This document shows positions 41,357-54,600 of a stretch of DNA of 64,000 bases, in pieces. The DNA comes from Zootoca vivipara (taxonomy: Eukaryota): positions 42,780,001-42,844,000 of the forward strand of contig NC_083281.1 in the NCBI RefSeq assembly GCF_963506605.1. Direction: 5' to 3'. Under the pieces are notes generated by a model. It was not told the origin of the DNA. It made no database searches and worked only from the letters and a program-made list of their open reading frames with translations. Made by a program: the position numbers and the translations under genes. How positions within the stretch are numbered: position 1 is the first letter of the stretch; every line of letters begins with the position of its first letter.

Positions 41357-43129
41357 TCTCAAACAGGGTTGTGTTGCTCTACAAAAAAAGAAGAAGAAAA
41401 AGAAGAAGAATAAATAAGTCTCTGTTTGCTACATATAAACTGCAGCTGCAAGATTTTCAGAAATGGCTGCTACTTTCTAAGTTATTCACAGAGACATGGT
41501 GAAGCACAAGACGGTCAGTGACAGAATGCAGTCTTCAAGGGCCAAACTGGATGTGAGCATTGGGAAGGTGCCATTGGGAGGTCAGACCATTAGACAACTT
41601 AACTCAAGTCTTGTCTGCAATGAGTAGCTAATGGGAGCCTTTCCCAGCCCAACTTGGAGATGCCAAGGATTGAACCAGGGACTTTCTGTATGCAAAGCAC
41701 ATGCTTCACCACTGACCAGCACACTTTCCAAAAACTGTCCACTACTGGTTGGTCTGTTTTTTAGCTTTAGCGGGGCAGGGCAGGGAGAGCAACAAATATG
41801 TCTGGGACAGCAGCAATCCCTATGGGCCATTTCCCCCAATCAAAATATTCCCAACTGCTTTTCTCCCTTCAGGGGAAAATATTTGTAGAGCCTCTCTCTC
41901 TGCCCCATGGGTGGCAAAGCAGTCTGGGGTAAAACTTTTATCAGAAAAATGGCCCATTTGTAAAGGGCTAATCTGCCACAGGCCATGGTCTCAAACACAG
42001 TTACCAACATGGTAATTTCTGCAACTGAATTCAAGTTTTTAAAAAAACCAAATCAGTGTTGTGTACTGGTTGGAGTGCTGGGGTGCAGCTTGGGAGACCC
42101 AGGTTCAAAAATCCCCAATTGGTCATGAAGCTCACTGGGAGTTGGAGCTGGTCACTTTCTCTGTCAGCTAACCTACCTCACAGGGTTGTTGTGAGGATAA
42201 AATGGGGGTATGCTTGCTTGAGCTTTTTAGAACTAAGGGGAGAAGATAAAACAGGTTAGTAGGTTAATACTGTACTGAGAGACACTTCACATCACACCTG
42301 GTCTGAACCAGAGTCCCCCTGAAACTCTTAAGTACTTCTGAGTGAGGTGTAGGGGATCTGCAGCTGTCCAGATGTTTCTGGACTACACTTCCCATGGTCC
42401 CTGATGGCTGGGGCTGATGAGATTTGGAGTCCATCAACATCCAGAGGGGCCAGGAAAGGGGTGCTCAGCACACAGCATTTTCTCTCGCACCTGTAACAGC
42501 TTCTTAACTTGTGTATCCAGAGCCTAATAAATAGCTGCACCATAAGGGCATGGTTGTACACCAGCATCTTTGCCTCTGCAGAGCTGAGCATGATGGAAGC
42601 AGCCAGTGTCCTTCACCTCAGTTATGATCAGCTGGACACATGAGAGACTGAATCTCTCTGGGTAATGACTGTGGGATGGCTACTCCTAAAGCAGGCACGT
42701 TTCAATTGCTTGTTTGAATTTTCCAGATAAAATACGGCATCAAAATGGCAATCTGTATTCCTCCCACCCACTTTAATCTGGATTTACCCATTCTGGGGGA
42801 AATCCAATAAAAAAATGGGGGGGGGAACCCTGCTGTCAACAACCAGTTTGCAAATTAAGCCCCTGTCTGGAAGCCCCCAAACTCAATCTGCCTACATGAA
42901 ACCCCAGAGCAGTAAGGTCAGTTGGTTTAAATGCCATCAGGTTTGCATCCCCTCACACAGCTTGTGAAACCAGAATCCCATGCAAAGCCAGTTTGCCTAA
43001 CATTGCAAGCAGTCATTATTTAGAGACTCAGCAAGCTCAACCCACCATTCCTAAGCAATCACTACTTTCTTCCCATAATCAAATTGTGACATGGAAGTTG
43101 TCCCTCACCCCGTTATGCCCTAATTGCAT

Positions 43130-45070
43130 GCCCCGTTTTTGTCGTGGGGGGTGGGGGGAGGGGGCCGGCGTTTTCTTCTCAGTCCCGATAGTAGCCAGCT
43201 GGATCGCTATTACCAAGGCAGCCGATCTGGGCTTAACCTGCAACAGGCACGCCAGTTGGGTTGGGCTGCTGGTTTCCAAGCCCGCAGCTAGCAGCGCGAC
43301 ACCTTGTCACACCACTCAGCGTCCCAGCCCTTCGCACCGCGGGGCTCCGCGACTCTAGCGCAGAGGTCAGCAACTGGAGACTTTGCTCGCCAAATCCGGC
43401 CCCCCGAGACGACAGGCGTCCTTCCAGCCTGGAGGCGAAAAGTGGGGAAACGGGACTTGCTGGCATGTCAAGTGTGTGGCGTGGAGGGGCCGCCGGGGGG
43501 GTCGAGGAGCCACTGGCCCCGCCGCCTCCCTCTCGTCACAGCCCCGCACCCACCGGCAGGACTGCCCCTCCGATCGCCAGGTGCGCCGCCCTCGCCGCCA
43601 GAAAGGGCGGCCAGGAGGCGTCGCAGACGCTGCAACCAGAGGAGCTGCCTCGGAGCGGGCGGCCGACACCGCAGCAGCGCCGGTCCTCCCCATGCCCTGC
43701 CAGGCAGCACAAGGGGCGCCGGCGCCGCACATTGGCAGAGGGCGCCGTCAGTCTCTGGCCCGCCCATCCCGAGCTGGAGGCTCGGCCATCGGGAGCCAGG
43801 GACGCCCGACGGCGCTGGAGGCGCGCCTGCCAAGTCACCAGGGACCGATCACCGGCGTTGCCTCCAGTCAGAGGGGCACCGGTCCGCGCGCCCTGCCAGG
43901 AGGAGGACCACCACCACCACCCAACCCGCCCGCCCGCCTTTCCTGAGAAGGGCGCCGGGAGGCGATGCGGAATTCCCAGCCGTCGCCGCAGCCGGCTGCC
44001 TAGCGTGCGTGGCCTTTCCCGTTGCTGCTGCTGCCGCCGCCACTCGATGCCCGGGCGCGGAAGGTGCCCCTGCCCGGCTCGAAGCTCCGCACGCGCGGCA
44101 GGGAGGACTCCGTCGGTCCCTCGCCAGCCCTTTGTTGCGAGCCGAACGCCGCGCCCGGGGCGGCATCGGCAGCAAATGGCGCCCGCCCGCTCGCCCGCCT
44201 GACGGGGCTGGCCGGGCGCTGCCCGATTGGGGCGCCGCGCAGGAGGAGGGAGAGGCGGCGCGGCCGGACATCCTCCGCTAGCCGGGGAAGCAGAGGCGCG
44301 CCCGGCTCACCCTAGAGCCGCCTCAGCCCGGAGGACGCCCTGCTCGGCCTGCTGGCGCTGCCGCGGAGGCACCGCTGACTTACCGCTCGGCAGAGGCGCG
44401 GGCTGGGCGGCGGCGGCGGCGAGACGGGCGGTCGAGGGGCGGCGGGGCTCTCCAAGTGGCGCTGGCTCGGGGTTCGACGGATGAGGGCGCGAAACCTCGC
44501 CGGGCGCCGCCGCCCCAAAGCGCTGAGCAGCCCGGCCGGGAAAGAAACAAAAGGTAGTTGCTGACGTGGGCGTTGGAAAGAGACGCCCGAGGGCTGGGGA
44601 CACAATTAAAGGGGCAACGCAGCGAGCGCGGCAGGGGCCAGGCGCGCACGCCGCTCTGCGCCTGCCGACGGCGCGGGCGCCTCCCCCTCCCCTTCTCCGC
44701 CTCCTCCGCTGCCGCCGCCTCGCCTTGCCAGCCCCAGCTGTGCACCCGCTGGGCGCCCGGCTGCCCCCCGCTTCCTCAGCGGGCGCAAGCGCGCTCGCCT
44801 CCCTGGGGTCTCAAGGGCGGCTCCAGTCGAGCGAGCCTCTCGAAGCCCCAACGAGCCATGGGAAATGGGCACTTACTGGAGGAGCCCCTCTAGACGGGCC
44901 TCCCTCGCTGGGCTCTGTTCTGCTCAAAAGGTCAACGACCGCTGCTGTTTCAGCTCCGAACCGCCTTGGTTTTTAATGGTGCGGCTCCTTTCTCGCCCTC
45001 CGAGCTGGAACGTGAGGGCTTAGTTGGAGAATAAGCAAGCCCCGAGGCGGAGCTGGGCCAAGACACGGTG
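43130..45070. promoter_or_regulatory. CpG island, promoter / 5' non-coding exons of ZBTB8A
   Basis: Very GC/CpG-rich 2-kb block about 2 kb upstream of the ZBTB8A coding-exon acceptor (41378); minus-strand donor-like sites near 44306 and 44378. Confidence 0.75.
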
Positions 45071-47349
45071 TGCTGAGTGGATCTGGCTGGAAATCCAGCA
45101 AGCCATCCGGGGCTGTTGAACACGAAATACTTGGTCTCTGTGTGCGCTACTCTTGAATGGTTAAACGCCTACCTTCCTGTAACTAAAGGCCTTTGGTTAA
45201 CTAATAAACTCTACCGACCTACTGCCCTTTCACGGTGCTCTTAAATCTGTCCCCCCACTTAGCTGCAAGAGTAGAGGCAGTTCCTCCTGGATCAAGAGAA
45301 ATGGTTTGGGGACCTAAAACCGACAAACCTCCCAGCAGGAAAAGAAAATGGGCATGCAAATGACTTTGAAAATTGTAACACTTTAAAAAAGAGAGAGAGA
45401 GAAGGCTATTAGGATTATTCATATCCACCACCTTTTGATCCATTTTGAACTCTTGGAAAGATGGGCTTTGAAACAGCTACCAAGAGCTGACAGCATGTTT
45501 CTATGAAGGGATTTCCCCTAGGGGGGGAAAAAACCTAGAAAAAGGGCTTGCACTGTTGACAGTGTGGTGTCCCCCCTTTTTGGGGTGAGTGTCCCACTGG
45601 TTTCTATTTATGGGTCAGGACAGCAGCTCATTAGCAGTCCATCTGCTTTGCATGCAGGTCTTCTCTTCAATCTCCAGCACCTCCTGGAAAGTCACTACCA
45701 GACAATACTAAGCTAGATGGATCAACTGTTTGACATGGTAAAAGGCAGCTTCTCATGACAATCTCGCTAATCCAAGTTCTAGTTGTGCATAAAAGAAGCT
45801 GGTTTCCTTTTCCTCCCCATTAGAAAAGACCACACTTCCCCCAGACTCACTAAAGACCTATTCAACCAGTTCACTGAGACTGGATGAGCATCACAGTGCA
45901 TATGACAAAATATCCAGATGTGCATCCCTATTGGCTGTGTGCATAAGGCTGCTTCAACTGGCAGATCCCCTTTATGTATGCAGTTTGCTGATTAATATTC
46001 TACAGCCTCTAAAATGTGTTTGTGGAAAGGGGGTTATTGTTTAGTTTAGTTATTGTATTATCAATTTATTTTGTATTTTTATCTTGAGGATTGCCCTGAG
46101 ATCTTCAGGTGAAGGGAGGTATATAAATTTAATAATAATAATAATAAATTCCTAGTCTGATACTCCAGCCGCAGGAGCTCCAGGCAAATACTCAGTTCCA
46201 AGTCTACATCTGAAGTGGGTGGGTTGGAAAACCACCCTACTATTTGTGCACCCCAAAGTACCTTCTTACACAGCTGAGTACCTTACATACAAACAGAAGG
46301 TGGCACCGTTATTCCAATGTTATTTTGATATTTATTTTTTTCACATTTTCAGCTATAAAAGAACTGGACTACAGTTATATAAACATGTATAGTACATAAA
46401 CAGTTTAAACATACAAGACTTGATAATGCACCACTGCAGAAACAAAATTACAAAAGCACTTCATATTTGTTTCTCCCGCCTCCCCGGGAAGAAAAAGACA
46501 AAATAAAAATAGCTGCTATAGTGGCGGTCTCTGCAGATTCTCAACTTTGGTTTATTTCTGATCTACCCTGACACAAGTCAAACATCAGAAAGGAGACACC
46601 AGAAATTAGGCAGGCAGTGATGGCACTTCAGTACTACTTTCCCTTTAGGGACCCACAGATAAACACGCAGTTCTGATTAGTCTCTTGAGACCTGGTATGG
46701 TACAGTATGTTAAGAAAGCAATCAGATCAGGTCGTTTCCCTGCATACCACCAAGACCACTTTAATTCTTACCCCTTTGGCCCTCTTACTATTTGTTTATT
46801 ATTTATATAACCCCTTATATGCCAACATGGCCTCCAAGTTGTTTATAATTTACAGGTCTAATGGGCCATATTCCAGTCCAAAGCTCCACAGGCTTTGGGG
46901 AAATAAGAGTCACTCCATTCCCTGTAATATCAGTTGCAGCTCCGTGCATGCAGTGGAAATGTGTACACAGAGCTGTCGCCGACTGCGTTAAACAGAAGAC
47001 CCCCAGCTCTTGGTGCATCCACACATCAGAACTACATGTGCGAATAACACCTGCTGCCAATGAAGCGCATATGACTAAGTTATGTGCAAGCTCTTACCTG
47101 ACCAACTAAGAATGTGGCATCTTTCTTTGAGGGAATTTTTTTAAAAAGAGCTTTGTGCTCGAGCTGTAATCATGGCATTCGTCACTCCCTAGCCTTGTCT
47201 CTCCCTAGCCTTGCTCTGTTCTACGTAGGATTTTGCAAGCTCGTTGGGAGTACAGAGCAGCTTTTACAAATATTTTCCTTATGAAGCTATATAAAGTAAC
47301 CTGTACACGGATGGTGGTACTTCTTCCCCCAGGACACAGTTAAAACTAT

Positions 47350-47600
47350 AGCAATAGCCACCGACATGGATGGTTTTAAAAGAGGATTAGACAAACTCAT
47401 GGAGCCATAAATGGCTGTGTACCACCTTCCAGGATGGTTTGCCTCTGAATACCAATTGCTGGAAATTACAAGTGGGGAGAGTTGCTCTTGCACTTGGCTC
47501 CTATCTGTGGGATTTCCACAGGCATCTGGTTGACCGCTGAGAGAACAGGATGTTGGACTGGACGGACCTTTGGCCTGATCCAGCAGGGCTTTTCTATGTT
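47350..47600 (+). mobile_element. CR1-type LINE 3' fragment
   Basis: GATGGTTTTAAAAGAGGATTAGACAAACTCATGGAG...GGACTGGACGGACCTTTGGCCTGATCCAGCAGGGCT; reverse-orientation homologue at ~37918-38220. Confidence 0.6.
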
Positions 47601-50600
47601 GCTGTGTCAGTACATCCACTTACAACAAATCCAAGCTGTGGTATGACTGCACTTTCAGAAATTCACACACAATCCATTGTTGCATTGGTCCAATTGATTT
47701 CAATAGGTTCCCTGCAGAACAGAATCAAGTTAATACAGATGACAGGAAGAGTCATATCATGTGCAGCATGTGAGAACATTGAGCTGCCTGCTTGAAATTC
47801 AGCCAATATCCTTTCTGTTTACTTACAGTAATTCATTTTTGCTTCCATTTAGCTTGCAGTCCTTGATTAAAACTTCATAAATTAAAGGAGGATTTCCCTA
47901 AGGAGTCATAATTTCTAATATATGTTTATATTCTTAGATTGGTCCTAATCACAACATTTCATTTGTAAAATGAATTATTATTAAATTATTATAAAAATGT
48001 TTTAAAAGGGCTTATGGCTATAAAGTTACCATTCACTGTTAACAAAATCAAGCATATGAATTTCTGAAAGGCAGACACCATAAATGCTTAAAAAGCAACT
48101 TCCACTGAAATCAATGGGATTTAATTCCAAGTATGAACATTTAGGCCAGGAGTAAGATTGCAAGATCAAGAAGTTTACCTAGCAGTACAATGTGCCATTA
48201 ATATACCAACTGCATATTTATGTAGGAGGAGGGGGAAACCAGGGAAATTACACTTGGGGGAGGGAAACGAAACCCCCTCTGCAAAATTAGTTATGGCAAG
48301 CTCAGGTGGCTTTCAATTTCTTCTTTAAGCACCATGAAATTGTTTCTTAGAACTGCTGTATCTCTTTTGCTTGCACACTTTTAATGGAGGGTTCCAAGGA
48401 AACATCATGGAACTGAGCTAGAATCACAGCATGTATTACACTTACAAAACACCTGCCGCAGATGAGCAAGTCAAGTGCATCATTTTCAATTAAACACAAG
48501 ATGACACACAGGATCCACTTGAAAACAATTAGAAATCTTATTTTGGCAGTCTCCTAACAGGAATGAGATTGGAATCTGTTCCACCCCAACCCCCACAAGA
48601 CAAAAATGTTAACAGATTCATTCTTTACTCACAAGGTACACAAGAAAACCTCTAAGGATCAAAAGAAGCATCCTAAAAGTAATCCGCATCTCTCAAATCT
48701 AGAAGAGTGGACCATCCATTTCCTCCTAGCTCTGCTTATGCACCTCCAGGATGCGTTGTGTGAAAAGCCACTCAGATCAGCTTTAGCACACAAGCCATTA
48801 CAAATCTTGGGCATCACAAGTCTTCGGTGGTTTCTAAAGAACTCAAAACAAAGTGATAAGCCGTCCGAATGAGGACAGAAAGGAGCAAGTATCTCAAATG
48901 CTCTGAGCTAATGGGTTAAGAATAGCCTTCACCAACCTGGGGCTCTCCAAATGTTGCATTACAGCTAGCCTCAGCCAACACACTGTGCTGTACATGCTGA
49001 GTTGTTGTCCAACATCTGGAGGGCACCAGGTTGGCAAAGACTGAGTTAGGAGCACTAACTGTGTCCCTAACCTGAATTTAATGAGCAACTCCATTCATTA
49101 GAGGTCCAAGAACATCTTCAACTGCTTATGCTCAGCTTTGGGGAAAGCCATTGCTAACTTTCAAGGCTGAACCTTTCAAATTGTTTCTCAAGACCAATTT
49201 TCTGAAAGCTCAGATTACATCCCCCCTCACTGTGTTTTCCAATAACTATGCAAGTCTCACCTATTCAGAAAGACACCTCACAAATGTGGTCTCAGGACTT
49301 TGCACTTCAGAGCCTTGGTTCTTTTCAGGAAAATGGGAGCCTATTGTAAATTTTTTATATATTTTTTGCTATACAGTAACAACTTCTTTTTAGAAAAAGA
49401 TTATTGCTTCTTTCCTTGCCTTGTTTCATCCTGCACAATCTCATGATATAAAAATGCTACATTTATGACATCATAACCCCTTCTACAGTAGTGTTTTGTG
49501 AATGCACAAGAGAATTTACACCTTCTATTCAAGAAGAAGCAGGGGGGAGAAACCTGCCTGCATGTTAAAAGATAATATAATCCATCAAGCATCACAAATT
49601 AGACAGAATGCTGTTTGCAAGACGGTCCGTATCAGAGCTGCCCAACATAGAACAGGAACACCAGCCTCATTAAGGCAGACCTGTAAGACTGGTGGCCAAC
49701 CTGAGTGTGCCATTGTCATTCAGGTAAGCAGGTTTAGGTATAATCCCAAATATTTCAAATGACCAAGATGGCTATGAATGGGCATGTACAGTTATGCACC
49801 TTGATTTTAACTGAATTGTTTTGGTATCTTCATTATCTTGTGACTACAGACATTTCACAGTTTTCCAGCCAGTTTAATAGCCTAGAGAGATTCAGCACTA
49901 GAAAAGTAAAACAAGTAACCTCACATCCTTCAAGCCAAATTCCTGCCATTCAGCAGGGAAAGGGTGGAGCCCAAGCTGAAATTTTTAACAAGGAATAGTA
50001 CTCAAGACCAATTCATAAGACAGTACAAATGTAGAAACCACAATGATCAACAAATACAACCAACTGACTGTACAAGTAGCAGGAACATATACAGGGGGTG
50101 GGTGGGGGTTTGTAGGACAGTCAGAGCACAGGGGCTACGTCAGAGAAGTCGTATAAGCAGAAGAGCGGCCAGCTTCCTTGCTTATTCACATTTTTTACAA
50201 TAATTGCATGAGTATGGTTATTTGAGAAGGGGGCAATTCATGCCATCTACAATGACCAGAACTCTGGTGTTCTTATAGCCTTGAGTAGTTTGTTGCTTAA
50301 ATGAGGGGGAGGAAACTGAGATTCTTGCAATTCCAACAAGCATCTGTATGGCCAGCTCTCAGGCATTTCATGAGATCCTCTTCAGGGTTTTATATTTATC
50401 CCTCTCACATTTCCCCTCATTGTGAGGGACTTCCTGCTGCTGCCATGTCTGCTCTCCTGGTGCTTAGAGATATAAGCAGGTGCGATTTTGCAAGTCCATT
50501 AAAGGCACGCAGGCATGCTGGTTTTGTTTTGTTTTGTTCTTAATGAAAAAAATGGGGCCTGCGCAATGAAAAGATCGTCTCCAGTAATTACTTAAATAAA

Positions 50601-51683
50601 TGTTTAACAGATTGTGTGCTGGAACTGTCTCCAGACAGATCAGTAGCAAAAATACTCTAATTCATAGGAAGGTATGTCCACCCAGCCCATTATTTTTTAT
50701 GCTGATTTGTGACAGCAGCAGAAGTTCCTCTCCAGGGTGGGGCCTCAGTCAGTGACTCCCCCCCCCCCTACTGCCTGCTGCTACCACCTGATCCTTCTAG
50801 GTGGAGATGTTGCCAGGATCCTACCTGGGGCTTTCTGTACCATTGAGTTATGGTCCCACTTCAAAATACGTCAAAAGTACCGTATGAGGCTTGTAGTAGA
50901 TATATGGCCTAACCCTGAAAGGCCTTTCCCAGTTCAAGCACTACAAAAACGGTCAGTGCCTCGTTGAATGGCTCAGACCCTCAAGAAGGTTGCTACAGAA
51001 GTCTGCAAACTGTTTATCTGCTGCCTGACTACCTTCCTCGCAAGTTTCTTGAGGATGAACAGAAGTGTAAATATTTAGTTTTTATAAACGTACAGTAAAA
51101 AATATACTGTATACAAAGAGCCATTTCTAGATTTATGTATACATAACTGTTCATTCTTGGATATGCTTTAATGGTAGTGGACTTTTAGCCTTGTTTGCAT
51201 TGATCAAGTCCTCATCTACATTTCTAAGGTAGAATTAAAAGTCCAGGAAAGAGAACAGCAGCTCAGAATTAAGTTTGAGACCCAGATCCTGAGAGGAGAG
51301 GGAGAGGGAGAGGCAGAAACTGGGTGGGCTAGGGGGGAAGAGAGACAAGATCATAGGAACATGGAAGATTACTGACAATAAAAGGACAAAGCCTGGCCTC
51401 GTATCCAAAGGGTGGAAGAAGGTCTGCAAGGAACATAGCCTCTGCTCAGCCCAGAAACACAATTCCTTTCAAAGGTGTAGCGCACAGCACTAACAACTTA
51501 AAAAGACATTCCAGAATTTTAAAAGTCCAGTTGTTCCTACCTGTTCTAGGAAATGGAATTTATTCATATATAAAAAAAAACCCACAAACTTCACAACTTG
51601 GGATAAATATGCAGTTTTCCGGCTGTCAAGATGACAAATCAAATAAGAAAAAGAATTTACATCTCCCCACCCTCTTTTTGATG

Positions 51684-54600
51684 CTACATAAGTGCTTCTC
51701 GGTGGAGATCCTGCTTGTCGTCAGGATCTGGGTCAGCATCATCATCTTCAGGGGGGTCGTTTTCATCACCAGATTCCACATAAATGGGCCAATCGTTGTC
51801 TGGGTCGCTCTTTTCTTGGCCTTCAGATGAAGGTTCCATCAGACTGAGGTTAATGGGCATCGAATCCTCGTGCGTAGTTGTGACACAAGTGCAGCTGTCG
51901 CACAATCCAAAGCGGCGCAAGCCTTGGGACAGGCTGCTTGTAAACGTTCTTCTGCAGCCCTTGCAGATGATTGGCTTGTTTGACCGATGGACCTGGAGTA
52001 TCATGACACAAAGCAGGAAGGGTCAGTGGCTGGCACAAGCATGGCAGTTTGAACTGGATCTGGCTTTCTGGCCAGACTCTGCACTCCCCACAGATCAATT
52101 TTGACAAGTCAGCAACCCCAACCACCTATCAAGGTTCAAAAGGGATCAATTTAACTTGCTGATCAGGGCAAAAGTCCATTTCCAGGGGTGGAAATGGACA
52201 AAGCGGACACCAAAATGGTCACCACATACAATGTCAGGTGTGGAGCAGGTGGCTATCAGTTTTGGGGAAATCATCTCCTGGACAGAAATCAGCGCCATGC
52301 CAGGCCCAATTATACTAGGGTGGGGGTGGGGGCAGAGGTTCCCTACAAGTGGTTTGAAGTCTGCTTTTTTAAAAAAATGTATTTTTTATTAAAGATTTCT
52401 TGGTTTACAAAAGTATGTGGAATGTCTCTTTTTTCAACTTACATTTTCTACAGATCAGTTTCATTTGTTGAGACATTAGTGTTACATTAGGAAGAAAAGG
52501 GGGAAAGAGGTGGAGGGGGCCATAGTGAGTGGGGGTGGAGTCGGGTGGCGATGTTTCTATTCTACTTGATGTGGGGGGGGGTGTCAACAACAACAAATCC
52601 GTTTTTTGTGAGGACCATGCCTATACACAAATATCAACACAACAATAATTAAAAATATTAAAATTCATTGCATACTATCCCAACAAAACCTTCATCCCAC
52701 AAAACAGGAAGAGAAGGAAAACAAGCAACAAGTTAAACAGACGATGAAGGGGTCTTTACATTGTCATCCATAAATCTTTCCCTGGCTTTCATGGCCTTCA
52801 TCACAAAAACCGCTACCGCATGGGTAATACGTGGGTTTGCATCAACTAACAAAATTTTTACTCTATCTTCAGGATTGATTATAGAGTTGGGTATAATTTG
52901 CAGCATTGCGTCTCTAAAGCCCAAGTAAATGGGGCAACAGAGGAGGTAATGTATAAGATCCTCTTTAATTTTCATAAGGCAAGGGCATAAACGATGTTCT
53001 ACTGTTTTTTTTGTGAATCTACCGGTCAGATATGCAGTTGGCAATGTTTGAAACCGCACCATAGTGAAAGCTCTCTGAAGGGTGGGATCAGTGATCTCCA
53101 CCAAGTACCGTGTTTCTCCTAAAATAAGACGTGCCTCTAAAATAAGCCATGGCACGATCTTTTACAAGCAAAAAAATATAAGACATCCCCCGAAAATAAG
53201 ACGTCTTGGGGGGGGGGTACCGGTACCTACCAGACCCAGCGGGAGCCGGCAAACACAGCAGCGCGCACCGCGCCGAGCCCCAGCCCAACGGGAGCCCCAG
53301 CACAGCGACGCGCCGAGCTCCGGCTGAACGGGCCCCAGGACCCGGCAGCGGGCGGCGCGCGAAGCCGCAGCAGCCGGCAGGAGCCGGCAGCAGACCCAGC
53401 CGCGCCGCACCGCGTCAAGCCCAGGGACCCAGCAGTGCGCTCAGCGGGCGGCGCGCGAAGCCGCAGCCGCCGGCAGGAGCCGGCAGCAGCCCCAGTCGCG
53501 CCGCGCCGCACCGCGTCAAGCCCAGGGACCCAGCAGTGGGCTCAGCGGGCGGCGCACGAAGCCGCAGCCGCCGGCAGGAGCCGGCAGCAGCCCCAGTCGC
53601 GTCGCGTCGCGCCGCACCGCGTCAAGCCCAGGGACCCAGCAGTGGGCTCAGCGGGCGGCGCAAGAAAGCCCCGTACCATACTTACCGGTAACATCCCCCG
53701 AAAATAAGCCGCGATGTGTTTTTTTATAGGAAAAAAATATATAAGACGTGTCTTATTTTAGGAGAAACACGGTAGTTGGCACAGATTTTGACTGCTTTTA
53801 CTCAGGGAAACCAGTAGGAAAACCCAGAATTTTTTATCTTCGTGGTGTCCAAAAAGGCGTCTTTTTCAAAGATGCATTCCCGAACTTTATCAGGGCTCCA
53901 CAGTTTGAGAGTATTAAACTCAGGTAGATTGTATCTGGATAGAATATCTAATAGGTTTTGACACCAAGTAGTAATTATATTGTAAAGATACAAAGGCTTG
54001 TTTAGCCAATAAGGTGTTTGAGGCATCTGCGAGGTTAGTGAAAAAACGCAGAAATCTTAAGTGGGCCCTGGCAGACACAGAAGGTAATCCAGCATTTTGG
54101 TGAGATTCCTGGGCGTATTGGTGCCAGTTGAAGTCTGCTTTTTAAAATCAATGGGTGTTAGGGATTCTCCTGGCAGAGTCCTGGGAGTGACAGCAGCACC
54201 AGCCACCCCACAATTCAGCTTCCTCTTTAACTCTCCCCTTGTTGCACATCTCTGACTTACACTCAGAGCATGACTCCGAAGGTGCTCCTGCCGTGTGAAG
54301 CGCTTGCCGCATATCTCACATGGGTAAGGCCTCTCACCCGTGTGCGAACGGATGTGCCGCTTCAGGATCCCTTTCTGTTTGGCCGTGTATGGGCAGAATG
54401 GGCACTTGTGCAGCTTGATCGGCACGACCAGCACATCACCTTTGGAAACAAAAGCATTTCAGAGGTGTCAACTCACTATTCTTGAAGTGGGGTCAAAATT
54501 TAAAATGCTGGTAACTGAATAAAAGCACATTTTTTTGTGGTTTAGAATATACGAGGGAGAAATAGGAGATTGTTTTGCTGTGTATCATGAGCCATGTCGC

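Noticed and set aside
43261-44976. Long overlapping ORFs (313 aa, 325 aa and others) in several frames
   Set aside because: Low-complexity Arg/Pro/Gly/Ala translations open on both strands of a CpG island; stop-codon depletion from high GC; no recognisable domain.
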